From: Podarcis liolepis
Lineage: Eukaryota
DNA length: 64,000 nt
Reading direction: 5' to 3' (one strand)
Assembly (NCBI GenBank): GCA_965112155.1
Contig: OZ218104.1
Below are positions 1 through 13,400 of this stretch, in pieces. Under the pieces are notes generated by a model. That model made no database searches. It had not been told where the DNA came from and worked only from the letters and a program-made list of their open reading frames with translations. Made by a program: the position numbers and the translations under genes. Within the stretch, counting starts at the first letter, position 1. Each line of letters begins with the position of its first letter.

Positions 1-236
1 GTGTTGTTGTCGTGTTGAAGCACCCAAATTCCTGCTCCCTCCTGGCTTGTCAGCCCTCTTCAGAATGGGAATCGCTGCCACAAGCTAGTGTCCCCCTCCT
101 TGATTCTTCTGTGGGTATCTGCACTTTATAATTGCAGCAACCCAAGAAAATGTAGTGTGAGAGTTGTGGAGTTGTATTTTGATTTCACTGCAATGGGGGA
201 CCAGCATATAACGAAAGCGAAGAGGAGGGAGCAAGG

Positions 237-239
<3 letters not shown>

Positions 240-268
<29 letters not shown>
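240..268. repeat. (TG)n microsatellite
   Basis: Uninterrupted TG dinucleotide run. Confidence 0.95.
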
Positions 269-1443
269 ACATTTTGTGAACTGCCCTGAGATCTAATGAT
301 GAAGTATGGTATATAAATCTAATTAATAATAATATAATTTGTAATCCCCACTTTTTTCAAGATGGCTTGCAAACCAAAAACTAACACAAAGGAATAAACA
401 TATGGTTGATATGATTGCTAAAACTAGGTAGAAACCTGTATAAAGCATGAAATCCCAAAAGCTAACGGCAGCAGAAAACAGAGGTGGCTATTTTGTGGGC
501 CCAGGGGCCTGAGTTCCTCTCCACTGAAAAGGAAATTTTCCTGGTTCTTCAAGTCCCTTCAAATAATTTTGGCCGTGGCAGCAGGAATGGCATGGCACCA
601 GAGCGGACAGAGATTCCAACTCTCTGTCTACCCCAGGAACCTGCTGTAGAATAGCCTACCTGCTCAGCTGCTCTGTGTCCTGTGAGTGTGGGGGTGAGCA
701 AACCCATTTTTTTTACCATACTCACCATTAGCCTGCAGGTGACTGCAGCTCTTGAGCCAAAAACAGATAGCCACCCCTGGTATAAAACATGACGTCATGA
801 AGTAATGCAAACCCCAATTCAAAAGCCTGGGCAGATAAATAAAATGTTTTTTTTTACCCAATGCCTTCAGCTCATAAGGCCATGCAGCAGGTGCATGGAG
901 CTTGGAAGCACATTTCAGAGGCAGAGTGTTGCACTAAGGAGAAAGGCCACTCCTACTGCCCTCACTTGACGAAAGGCCTCTGCAGATGACCTGAAAGTAG
1001 CTGACCCTTTCCAGGATCTCTTGTCCAGTGTTTGCATCCTGATCTCTGCTTCCAGAGGATGCTCTGGCGCCCCTGGTGGCATTGGGGCAGACCAGGCTTG
1101 TGTCACTGAGCCAATCTGTTCCCTGTTCTGTTATAGGGAGGTAGTGCCTGTCTCGGCATCAGACCAGATCATTGGCCTTTGGTGGACCCAATGTTCAGCC
1201 CCCAGCAAAGCAGGATTGTAACCAGAGCTCCCATTCGCCAGTCCAAAGCCAGGCAGGCTCTTTGCATGCCCCCTCCTTCTTGCCTTTTTTACTAGGGGCA
1301 ATGAACCGGTTCTCCTCTCTATGTGCCCTTCTTTTAGCTGTCTTTTAAGTCACACTTGGGCTCTTGGGCTCTTTTTCTGCATGTCTGCAGGGTGGGGGGC
1401 AAACAAGGGAACTTCCTAATGGTGGGGTCTTTTTGGATTCCAG

Positions 1444-4400
1444 TGCTGCACTCGGGAGACTATTTCTTGTTTGAGACGGACAGTGAGGAGGATGAGGAGT
1501 CGGTCTTGGAGGATCAGAAGCCCCCGAAACAGAGCGCATTCCAGGTGAGAAGTTGGGAGCAGAAGCAGTGGCGTCGCAAGGGGGGGGCAGGGGGGCGGTG
1601 CGCCCTGGGTGCCATGTCTGGGGGGTGACAAGAAGGCACCCCGCGATGTGCTCGCCCCACTGCCTGGAGGCAGGCTTTCCCCACTCCCATCCTTCACGGG
1701 TCACTCCAACTGCAATTACTCACTAATGAGCACTCTGTGCATGCCCCAAAGTACTCATGGGAAGCTACTTTCAGTTCACCCACACTTCCGTTTCTCCCAA
1801 GATACATGGGTCCAAGAAGTTCTTCTTTTGTCCCTCTGCTTTTCCCGGGAAAACCCGCTGTTTATTGCTGAATCGGGGGAGGGGGGGATCTGTTGGGTTT
1901 TCTGCAGAAGTGTGGATGAGCCCTTTCTTTCACATACCACACGCAGTTGAAATATGTTACAAGGCGAAGTGCCAGGGAACACTGAATGACTCCCAAGACA
2001 TTGGGGTGCTGGTGGGTGCCTGCCATCAACATTAACCTGGTGTTGCTTTTAGTTGCGCCTTCAACCTCTCGGACATCTTTTGATGGAGGCTGCATTGATA
2101 TGAGGTTGCCTTGCATTCCAGCTCAGAGTCGTGCCTTTTCTTCCTTCCTGCTTTCTCGTTTATGCATTTTGTCGCTTTGTTTGCAGCTGGCTTACCAGGC
2201 CTGGGTGACCAACGCCAAGTCTGCACTGCGTGAGCGGCAGCGGCAGGAGAAGGAGCAGCGAAAGGTGGAGCAGGCAGAAGGCAGGTCCTCCTGTACCCTC
2301 TCCCCTCTCCTTTCCGACTGGGCTGGGCGGAGGTGGCCCCTCTCAAGTTGACCCCTGCTGCCTGGCCCTCTTGGTCCACATTGGCAGGAGGCCCGGCTCT
2401 GATGAGCACTGGGGTAGCCAGACCAGGCGGGAGGGTGTGACCGTATCTGTGCCTTGCAGGTGACTTAACCAAAGGGGAATCCCAGCGAGGTGAAATGGCA
2501 GACAGGGCCAGCAGCAAAGGGGAAGAGGGGGAAGAAGAGGAGGAAGAAGAAGAAGAGGAAGAGGAAGAAGAGGCTGCTCCAGGTACCTTGCTCAGTGGGA
2601 CTACACTCAGGTAGGGCATTCCCTGTGTACTGGGCTGCCTTTGAGCCACATTCATCTGCAAGAACCGCAGCAGAGGATTCATTTTCCTGTTTCACAGATG
2701 CAGGGTGAGTTGGGAGGGGGGAGCACAAGGAGTGTAGTGTAGACTGCATGACCCACACAGTCCTGCCCTTCCAGCACCTTGCTGTAATTTATTGTCCCTC
2801 AGCATCTGTCGCCTAATGGTATGGCCACTCTGGTTGCTGCTATAGCGACGAGGAATGGCATTTTAAACTCACCCTGCCTAATGGTTCTGAACCAAAATAG
2901 AGTTTTAGCCTTAGAAATTTGCACATCTCAGAATTTTGCAGTTATCCAGCCAAGCAGCGTGTACAAAAATGCTGCAGCTCTTTCTCCCTCAGTATCTGCT
3001 GCCCAACAGTAGGGCCGGCCCTGGTTGCTAGGAAGCAGTAGTTGGGTTAGGGATATTTTCCCAGAGACCATGGTGTTGGGGAAACTGGTTACCCACTGCA
3101 GGGATCAGAGATGGCGTTCTCGATGGACATTTGGCGTCCTTCAACCAGGCTCTCCTTTTATGCAGAGAAGAGCAACGTGGTGCAGCGGGTGCTGAACGTT
3201 CTGGGTTTCCTGTGGGTGCTGTGCCAGGCCACGGTGGATGGGCTCACACAGTGGCTGCGGGCCTTTACCAAGGAGCACGAACAGCTGTCTGCCGTGTTGG
3301 GACTGGAGAGATTCGTCCTCACGCAACAGCTGGATCAGGTAGGCCTAGCTTGGTACAGCTGGGCTTGGGAGGGGCGTCTTTTGGAAGGGGTGAGGTATGA
3401 CCCACTTGGTGATGGCATGTAAAACTTTGCAGGTGGGCGAGGTTCAGAGGAGCGTCCTGGACAGGCTGTACAAACCAGCAGCGACAGATAATACCTCAGA
3501 GGACACCGCCTTGCCGGGTACGGCGGCAGAGTCTCCAGACAGCATGGCTTCCAGGCAGGTGCATAGGGGCAGAGGGCTGCTGGGGGGGAGGTCAAAGCCA
3601 CATGTTGGATCTGTGTGGGGCCCCTCCCTCCACCCCAAGCGGAGTTTGTGGGAGCTTAACGGCATGTAATTCAAGCAAGGGGCTGCTCCTCAGCCTGCAT
3701 TTGGTGCACCGGAATTGGGTGGGCTCAACAGTGGAGAGAAGAGTGTCCCTGGACATGTATGGGCTGCCTTCTCTTCTATAACCACAGCCTAAAACAGATG
3801 GGATGAAGTATATTTAGGAAGGCCCCATTCTGGAGGTGGGGGCTTGAACCTGAGTCCCCCCCCCCCCAAGTCTCTCTTCCTTGGTCCACCTTCCACAGCA
3901 TGGTGCCATCCAGCAACTTTGGACTAGAACTCCCATCCGCCTTGTTTTTATTTCCCAAATATTAATATTAAAGTGTTTTCGCTATACTGTTTTTGACTCC
4001 TGCTAAACCCTTTCCCCACTTTTGTTTAAGTTAAGCCTGTCCAGATATGCCATTTTATTATGTATTCTATAACTAAAGAAAAGTTGCCTTTACCTGTTAT
4101 TTTTTCTTGTTTTATTATGTCTGTTTGTTTTTAATGTCTGTTGGCATTTTCCTAGAAAGATTTAACACAGAGTGGGGACATTTATACGCTCTGTTTTGGA
4201 GCTGGTGCATGACTTTCTTTTTCTGCCCTCTTTCTCTCCCCTCCCCCCGCCCCCAAGCAGTGGGTGCGAAGGAGCAGAGGTGCTTAGCAATAACACCACT
4301 GGCTACGACACCCGAAGCGGCAGTGAGGAGCAGATCCCTGCCATGGGCTTCCCGGACGACGTGAGGCTCCCTCCCAGCAACTCCCAGGAGCTGCTGACTT

Positions 4401-7400
4401 ACTCCAAGGCACGGCCGCGCACAGCCAGCGAGCTGCTGCTGAGCAGGTACTACTGGGGCCGTTCGCCTATTTTGGCTCAAGGCTTTGTGGGTAAATATGC
4501 AAAGCTTTGTGGGTATAGGGCAGGGAAGGGGCAGAGAACCATTCTCAGCCTGAAGGATGCAGCATTTCCTCGTAGTCAGTCTTCCGCAGGGGTGGGGTCA
4601 TATGTCAGTGGTGGGCGTGGCCATTGGCAAAAGTGGGTGGAGAAATGGGTGTGGCTCTTACCTCTGGGCAGTAGGCTACTTTCCAGCCTTTCTGCAGGTT
4701 TCTACCATCTCTCAGTCCTTCTTCCAAGCAAGCAAGGTTTCTGCAGGTTTCTACACATCTCTCAGTCCTTCTTCCAAGCAAGCAAGAGCTGTTATCGCAG
4801 TTCAAGGAAACATTCCAGCCAGTCAAAGCACTCAGGGAGAGTGTGTATATCTGGGCCATTGAAGAATGCAGTCTGGGGAGAGTCCTGGGGACCAGATAAA
4901 GAGGCCTGGATGGCCACATTCACACACACCCAGGCCTGTGGTTCCCCACCCCAGGAGGCAGGTGCTCAGGGAGGTTGGAAGAATGAAAATTGTTTGCATG
5001 GATCACTTTCAGGAGAAAGGGCTGTAGATCAAGGCAAGTGATCTACAGCAAAGGCAAGTGTCCCTGGCTTGATTCCGGACATCTCCAGGTAGGGATAGGA
5101 AAGGCCCCTATCTGAAACCCTGGGGAGCTGCTGCCTGTCAGAGTAGGCACAATAGGCTCGATTGGCCTTCCCCCATCTACTATGCTCCACCTGCTTTGGA
5201 CTAGGGCTCCTATCAACCCCAATATCCTCCAGGCACAGAATGCTGGGGCTGATGGGAGTTGTCATCCAAACCATCTGGAGGGAAGCCTGGAGTGTGATGG
5301 ACAAAGTGTCTGGTTGGGTATAAAGCACCTTCTTGAGCTCCTAAACAAAAATAAAGTAAGTGTTTATTACCTTTCTATCCCACCTTTCCTCTGAGGAGCT
5401 CAAGGTAGCATGTGTGGCCCTCCTCCTTCACATCGTATCCTCACAACAACCCTGAGAGGTAGGCTAGGCTGAGAGGCCCAAGTTCACCCAGCGGGGTTCA
5501 TGGCCAAGTGGGGATTTGAACCCTGGTCTCCAAGGTCCTACTGCCAATGCTTGTTAACCCCTGCACCATACTTGGGCAAATAATAAATTTGCCAGCTGAT
5601 GCAAGTTTTGCCAACTGGAATACATTTTGCAGATGGGAGAATGCAGAGTTAGTGGGCATATATATGTATTACAATCTGGAAGATGTTTGTTTTAATCAAG
5701 GGTGGCAGAAACGGGTTACCTCTTTGGCTGTGGGCAGGTGACGAGGCAGGCAGACACAGCACAGGTGGGGCTGCTTTCCCTTTTGGCTCAGCCTGACTGA
5801 CTCTCTCTCCTCCTCTCTCTCCCGTTCGTGCTTTCCAGGCACGTCTCCTTCGAGGAGCTGGAGGAGTCTGAGCGCTTCTACCACTCGCAGAACCGCTTTC
5901 TGCAGCTGCTGCTGGCCTGCTACCACTTTGTGGCCGGACACTCGGACCTGCTCTGCTACTTCATCATCATCCTCAACAACATGGTGACGGCCTCCGTCAT
6001 CTCGCTGGTCCTGCCCATCCTGGTCTTCCTGTGGGCTATGCTGTCCATCCCGCGGCCCAGCAAGCGCTTCTGGATGACAGCCATCGTCTACACAGAGGTG
6101 GGGCCCCCAAAATCCTTGTGAAACTCCCCTTTGTCTTGTAGAAGTGAGATGATGAACATGAAAACTTTCCTCCTAATAATTGCCCACAAAAGGGGTGGAG
6201 AAACTTTTTCTAATTTTTTTTATTTATTAATTTTCCATTTCCCCCCATATTACATCATAACAATTAATATTTTTCACAATTTCAAAATTTCCCCATTCCT
6301 CCCCGACTTCCCTCAACCTCCTTCTCTGGTTTATTTCACAATAATATCATTTCCTGCATAGTACCTTTTTCACTCCTTTTTTTTTTTTAAATAGCTTGTA
6401 AATTATATAATTTTTGCTAATTGTAAATGATTATTCAAAACCTGCTAGTGAGTTCAGGATGAGGAACCTTTTTCAGCCTGAGGGCCGCATTCGCTTCTGG
6501 ACAGCCTTCCAGGGGCCACATGCCAGAGTGGGTGGAGCCATTTTCTACACACACACACCTCTGTCCTCTGTCAGGGCAAGCGAGAGGCTGTATCAGAGTT
6601 CAAAGATGCATTCCAGCCAGGCAAAAACACTCAAGCAAGGGGGTGAAGCAAGGTCAGTGAGCAGAGTACCTTGGGAGAGGGATGCATGGCTGGGCAGAGT
6701 CCTGAGGGTCAGATAGAAAGGTTGCTGGGGGGGGGCACATTTGAACCTGGGGCTAGAGCACTGTTTCCCCACCTTTGGTCTCAAGCTGTTTTCGGACTAC
6801 AATTCCCATCACCCCTGACTACTGGTCTTGCTAGCTAGGGATGATGGGAGTTGTAGTCCAAAAACAGCTGGAGACCCAAGACTGGGAAACACTGGGCTAG
6901 AAGCTCCCCAGCCCTGGTCTGCAATATTAGTTTCAAGTTAACAAGGGTACCTGGGCTTTTGTATACAGAAAGTAGAAGTGCTTACAAGCGAGGAACGGGC
7001 AGATTTTGGTTTGGTTCAAACCAATGTCAATCAGCCTAGGAGGTTGATGTTTTTGGACCTGTACTGAAAGACTGTTGACATATATATCTGTGTAGGTTTG
7101 GGTGGCTGGTGGCGGTAAACATTCTTAAGCCTTGCGACTGTTCTGCTGCCATGAGGTGCCAGGAACGTCCCCCTGGCTAGCCTGGTTCTGATCCTCCTCT
7201 GCCATCTCCCCACACAGGTGATGGTGGTGGTGAAATACCTCTTCCAGTTCGGCTTCTTCCCCTGGAATAGCTATACCACCCTGGTGCGCTACGAGAGCAA
7301 GCCCTTTTTCGCACCGCGCATCCTGGGCCTGGAGAAAACGGACAACTACATCAAGTACGACCTGATCCAGCTGATGGCTCTCTTCTTCCACCGGTCCTTG

Positions 7401-10400
7401 CTCCTGGTAAGAGGGAGCCTGGGACCCTCCATTTGAGACCGTTTCACGTGCATGCTGCTTTATTGTAATGAAACCTTGAAGCAATCTACAAAGAAAATGT
7501 TTTATTTTGAAACGCTGAAGTTGTCAATGAAAGACTGTTAAAACCAGGCTTTTTAAAACATTCAACAATACAGTCGTACCTTGGAAGTCAAATGTTTTGG
7601 CTCCCAAATGCCACAAACCCAGGAATGAGTGTTCCAGTTTGCGAACGTTCTTTGGAACCCGAATGTCTGACAGGGCTTCCGCAGCTTCCAATTGAGTGCA
7701 AGAAGCTCCTGCAACCAATTGGAAGCCACACCTTGGTTGTCAAACGTTTTCGGAAGTCGAACGGACTTCCTGAACAGATTCCGTTTGACAACCAAGGTAT
7801 GATTGTAATTAAATTCAACCACAGGGAGCAAAAAGATTAGAGTGTGACAGCATTCAAAATGTCCCACAAGTAAACTGGCCCAAACTATTAAGCAATTTGT
7901 ATACAAATAGTTACTTCTTGACTAGAAGCCAGCCCCCTCTGACTAACCTGGGAAAGCTGTAGGATGAACCTGGAGTAGCCTGTTGCAGAAAGTGGTACCT
8001 GGGCAGTCCCTGGTAGCTATAGCAACAGATGCAGGGAAAGCTTGTTTCTACCAGGCTTGGTATGGAGTTGAATGTAGTGTGCGACCTGAGTCCTGGGGTG
8101 GACAACATAGTGCCTTCTTGAAGCTGATGGACTCCAACTCCCATCAGGCTGATAGTCAGGGGTGATGGGAGTTGTCATTGCATGATATTAGGCAGGTGCA
8201 GTCCTTACACTGTTTGCTGCAGTAGCTAAAAACTTTTATTTTATTGTGCACATTTATTTTTAAAATGTATTAATTTTATTTATATTTTTGTAATTTTATT
8301 ATGTCTTCTGTTTTCTAAAATATGTTTTTATTGTTAACCTTTAATGGCTATTTTGTGCCATTTTAGGTAAACAGCTTAGATGAAGTGGTTTGTCAATAAA
8401 GTAAATAAAATAAATAGGCCCGCTGCTTGATGTTGGTTTCTGCTTCCCAAACCCTTTCTGAACTTACCTGCCTGCCTGTCCTCTTTGACAGAGCTACGGG
8501 CTGTGGGATCACGAGGAAGAGGTCCTGGCCAAAAATTCTCTTGAAGCAGCAGAGCCTGTGGCTTTCACCGAGAGCAAAGAGGGGGCTGAGACTTTGGTGG
8601 AAGCCGACGTTGGGGCAGAAACCGTGGTGGATCAGGAGGCGGAGCCCGAGGTGCCCAAGGGAATCCGCTCACGGTTCCGGAAGAAAAAGGAGAAGAAGAA
8701 GAAAAGGAGCAAGGCTCTGAAAGAGCAGGGAGAGGAAGGTAGGTGGGGGGACGACACCTATGCTTACTCCTTTAGGAATGCTTGTTTCCAGCCTCCCCAG
8801 GTCTGGGGGCAACACTGCATCAAAAATACATATCTAAACTACCTTGTCAAGCATTTCAAGACCTGCTTGCAGCTCACAGATTAAAGCTGGTCTGCAGAAG
8901 TCAGACCAGATAAAGAAAACCTCCTGAGATTGTGGTGGGATGCAGGGAAGAGGAGGGGGTCTTTTTAGGCCATATCAGGCTGACACTGAAGCAAGGAGGT
9001 GAGGCCAATGCTTGCTTATTCCCCTGCCCCTTCTGTTTCCAACCTCAGAGGAGCAGCAGGGAGAGGAGCAGGATCCGAAGCAAAAGGACAAGAAGTCCAG
9101 CCCATCCAAGGAGAAGTTGAAGGCTGCTGGACTCAGAGTGAAGAGCTTCTTTGTCTCTGCGTAAGTGACGATGTGGACTTTTGGGGAGGGGGCTGGGGGC
9201 AACGGGCTTGGAGCTGGCTCTCCCCTCCAGGAGGCAGGTTGCCACACGGAGCAAATGAACGTGAAAAGCTGCCAAATGCCAGGGCAGCCTCTTTCTCCAT
9301 CTGACTCAGCGTTCTTCCCTCTAATTTTATAGCCACTTGGATGGGTTTAAAAAAGGATTGGCCAAAATTGATGAATAAAGCTGTCAATGGCTTCTAGCCA
9401 CTTGAACGTCCTGCCTTGATGGTTCTTTTAACCGTTTTGCTCTTTTATTGGGCTTGTTAATTATACATTTTAATTAGGGACATTTAAATGTAGTTGTTCT
9501 GTTATGCATTTTTAATTGTGGGTAGTTGCATTTTTATAGCTGGTTTTATTCTTGCTATTTTTCTGTTGTTCGTACACTGCCTTGGCATTTCTTCTTGAAA
9601 AGCAATATATTCATAATGATGTTCTACCTCCACAGTTGGACGCAGTAAGCCTCTGATTGCCAACTGCTGGGAAATCACCAGGGGGAGGGGGGAAGTGCTG
9701 TTCTTCTCAGGCCCTGCTTGAAGGTTTCTCACAAGCATCTGGGTGGCCACGGTAACAAGAGAATGCTGGACCAGATGGGCAACTAGCTGTGGTGGCTATG
9801 CTCTACCTCCACTGAATAATATCAGTCTTCCTTGTGGATTTCCCATTGGGGCATCTAGTTGGTGACTCTGAGAACAGGATGCTGGATTCAATGGGCCTCC
9901 TTGCGCCTAATCTAGCAGGCCTCTTCTAATGCTGGTCAATGGCTCTCCAGGTTCATTTCCGGGGTCTTTCTCATCACTTAATGCTTCCTGGGGTCCTTTT
10001 ACCTGGAAGTTCCTGGGATAAAACCTGGGACCTTTTGCTTGCTCCACCTGCCCTTTCCACAACCCACATGGCTATCTTACGTTGAGCAAGCCTCTTCCAT
10101 CTAACACCATCTGTCCCAAATCTACTTGTTTCTCTCCAGGGTCTCAGGCAGAAAACAGTCTTCCCCACCACTGTTCCACAATCCTTTGCATACTGGAGAT
10201 GCCAAGGACTGAGCCTGGGAACCTTCTGCTTGCTAAGCATGTGGTTCTGCTATGGTAGGGTTGGCATATGTCCAGAATTTCCCAGACATCGCCAGAATAT
10301 GATGGCCAAAGTAGCGTCCCAGCGAAAATCGCTAAAAACACCCAGGAAAATCCAGACATATGGCAACCCATGTCAGAAGTGATTTTCCTTTAAAAATAGC

Positions 10401-13400
10401 TCAACAACTTTTTTTGGTGATTTTGCCAAAAATGCTCAACAATTCTTGTGTTCAGATTTTCACTTTTTGAAACCCTAGCTATGGTACAATTTGGTTTTAA
10501 TAATTTAATGTGATTTTATTACTTCATATTTTCCTTGCTTCAGGGGTGTGTGTGTGAAGCAATACATAAATTCAATAAGCCTAGCCTTACCATTCTTAGG
10601 AGCACAGGATGCAGGCCATTGGTCCATCAAGCTCAGTAATGTCTGCACTGACTGGCAGTGACCCTGGGTTTTCTGGAGTCTGTCCCAGTCTTGCCTGGAG
10701 ATGCCAAGGACTTGGCCTGACATTTTCTGCATGTGGAAAGCTATATCCCTTCCTGTTATTCATGCAGATGATTTGGTTCTGGATTAGGGGTGGTTCTGCA
10801 TTAAGTGGCAAGTGACAAAGGCATCAGCCCTACACCTTATCCTCCCCGCCTCCCTCTCCCTCCAGAGCAGAGCGCATGTTCCAACCACTGCAGCGGTTCT
10901 TCCAGGACATTTTGCACAGCAAATACCGTGCTGCCACCGATGTCTATGCCCTCATGTTCCTTGCTGATGTGGTCGACTTCATCATCATCATCTTTGGTTT
11001 CTGGGCTTTTGGGGTAAGTGGGACCATCACAGTTATTTGTTAGCAAACTTAATTCACACAGTGCCTCCAACAGACATGGTAATTTGCAGAGTAAAATCAA
11101 TGGGCACGACCAACTCAGGTCCAAGCATTTCAATGGGTCTGTTGTAATTTGGATGTGACTCTGTGCTTGGGTGGCGCTGTGGGTTAAACCACAGAGCCTA
11201 GGACTTGCCGATCAGAAGGTCAATGGTTCGAATCCCCGTGACGGGGTGAACTCCCGTTGCTCGGTCCCTGCTCCTGCCAACCTAGCAGTTTGAAAGCACA
11301 TCAAAGTGCAAGTAGATAAATAGGTACAACTTTGGCGGGAAGGTAAACGGCGTTTCCATGTGCTGCTCTGGTTTGCCAGAAGCGGCTTAGTCATGCTGGC
11401 CACATAACCTGGAAGCTGTACACTGGCTCCCTCGGCCAATAAAGCGAGATGAGTGCCGCAACCCCAGAGTCGGTCACAACTGGACCTAATGGTCAGGGGT
11501 CCCTTTACCTTTTACCTGTGCTTGGGAATCCCCAAGCAAGTGTTGCCCTCCATATCCTGGGGCAGATCTGGAGGACAGCCGCCCGGGCAAGAGGTATTCC
11601 CTTCCTCCTGCCAATCTGCCAAACACCTCCCAGCACAGGCTTCCCTTTCTCCCCAGAAACACTCTGCTGCGGCCGACATCACTTCCTCCCTCTCAGACGA
11701 CCAGGTGCCGCAGGCCTTCCTGGTGATGCTGCTCATTCAGTTCTCCACCATGGTCATCGACCGGGCTCTCTACCTCCGCAAGAGCGTCTTGGGCAAGCTA
11801 GTCTTCCAGGTCTTCCTGGTCTTTGGCATCCACGTTTGGATGTTCTTCATCTTGCCTGCAGTCACTGAGAGGTACCTGGCCTAGCTATCTGTCTGCCTGT
11901 TATGTTATGTATTAATAGAATGATATGCTATATGTATTCACAGTACAGGCACAGCCCCGGACCTCTACCATCCTTCTAAACCTGTGGGCAGAAGAAGGAC
12001 CAGACCCTAGCTGCATATTGCATTTTGATATTTAATGAGATTAATGCTGCAACGAGTCAGACGGTTCTTGCTACACAATTAGTTAATATATGGAGGGGCA
12101 ATGAGTAGTACGTACACAAAGCATTAAAATTCTTCACGTTACTGGCTGCTCATCTAGAAACTGCAAAAACCTGGAAGCTGGCGGTCAACTTATGCATATT
12201 GTGCTTGCAGAAAAATTGGCATTGAACTGAAAAATTGGCCAGAAGAAAGGCAAAACCTTTTTTGACTTTTTTGCTACTTGGAGCCTACTCATGGAATACA
12301 TTAAGGGGCATATTCAAGATCTTTGTTGTCTGCCTTCCTGAGATTGCAGAACGCTGTCTGAAGTGGCTGAAGTGTACCTCTGCCATTGGAACTCTTAATT
12401 TATTCTAGTTTGGATGTCCTCAAATGTTTTTCTGCTGCTTGTTCTTCCGTGGGTGGGTAAGGGGCTGGGAGGAATTTACCTGTTTCTATATATCATTGAT
12501 GTTTCCTCATGAGAAGCAATAAAATACATTTTTAAAAATAAAAAGGAAGAACCAGCCCTGAAATGTGCCCCCCTTCCTTCCCCCAATTGTGATTTCCCTC
12601 CCCAGGATGTTCAACTTGAATACTGTGGCCCAGCTGTGGTACTTTGTGAAATGCATCTACTTCGCTCTGTCGGCTTACCAGATCCGCTGCGGCTACCCTA
12701 CTCGCATCCTGGGGAACTTCCTCACCAAGAAGTACAACCACCTTAACCTCTTTCTCTTCCAAGGGTAAGGCCAAGTTCCAGGGTCCTTCCAGAGTGGGGC
12801 GAGGGGAGCCCGAGTCAGGTGAAGATGCAAGTTCAGTATGATCAGGGTTTGCTTTGTAGTTACAAGCTGGGGCAGGGGGGAAGCTGCTTTTCAGGGACCA
12901 GAGATCAAAGTGCACAGGATCTGAACGCCCCTCTCTCCTCTGACAGCTTCCGCCTGGTGCCTTTCCTGGTGGAGTTGCGGGCTGTCATGGACTGGGTCTG
13001 GACGGACACCACCCTGTCTCTCTCCAACTGGATGTGTGTGGAAGACATCTATGCCAACATCTTCATCATCAAGTGCAGCCGCGAGACTGAGAAGGTGGGG
13101 CTGACATGGTGGCGAAGGAGGCGGCAGCAAGGGTGGGCCTGACCTCTCCCACCGCTGTCCCAGAGTGTAAAAACTTACCCCATATATACACACTTGGCCA
13201 CTTTGATTAATGGCACTGGCACTGTTACAAGTGCCACATCATATTGGTCCCACATTTGTAAGAATTTGATTGTTTTCACACTTTGGAACTCCTTGCCTAT
13301 TGACATCAGGCAGGTATTTTCACCGTACGCTTCTTGGTGCCTGCTAAAAACGTGTTTGTTGGGCAAGTCCATCCAGACATGTAGAAGCTGCCTTGTAATC

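Noticed and set aside
1-1443. Search for the preceding PIEZO1 exon (lateral-plug region)
   Set aside because: No frame with a convincing WWRPWLDH-like motif and splice sites; treated as intron.
2032-2682. 216-aa minus ORF with poly-Ser
   Set aside because: Antisense shadow of PIEZO1 exons and the GAA/GAG repeat.
4172-5041. 289-aa plus ORF
   Set aside because: One PIEZO1 exon (4261-4446) plus intronic read-through that includes the tandem duplication.
11212-11439. ORF nearly identical to part of ORF 46000-46413
   Set aside because: Both are antisense translations of Sauria SINE copies.
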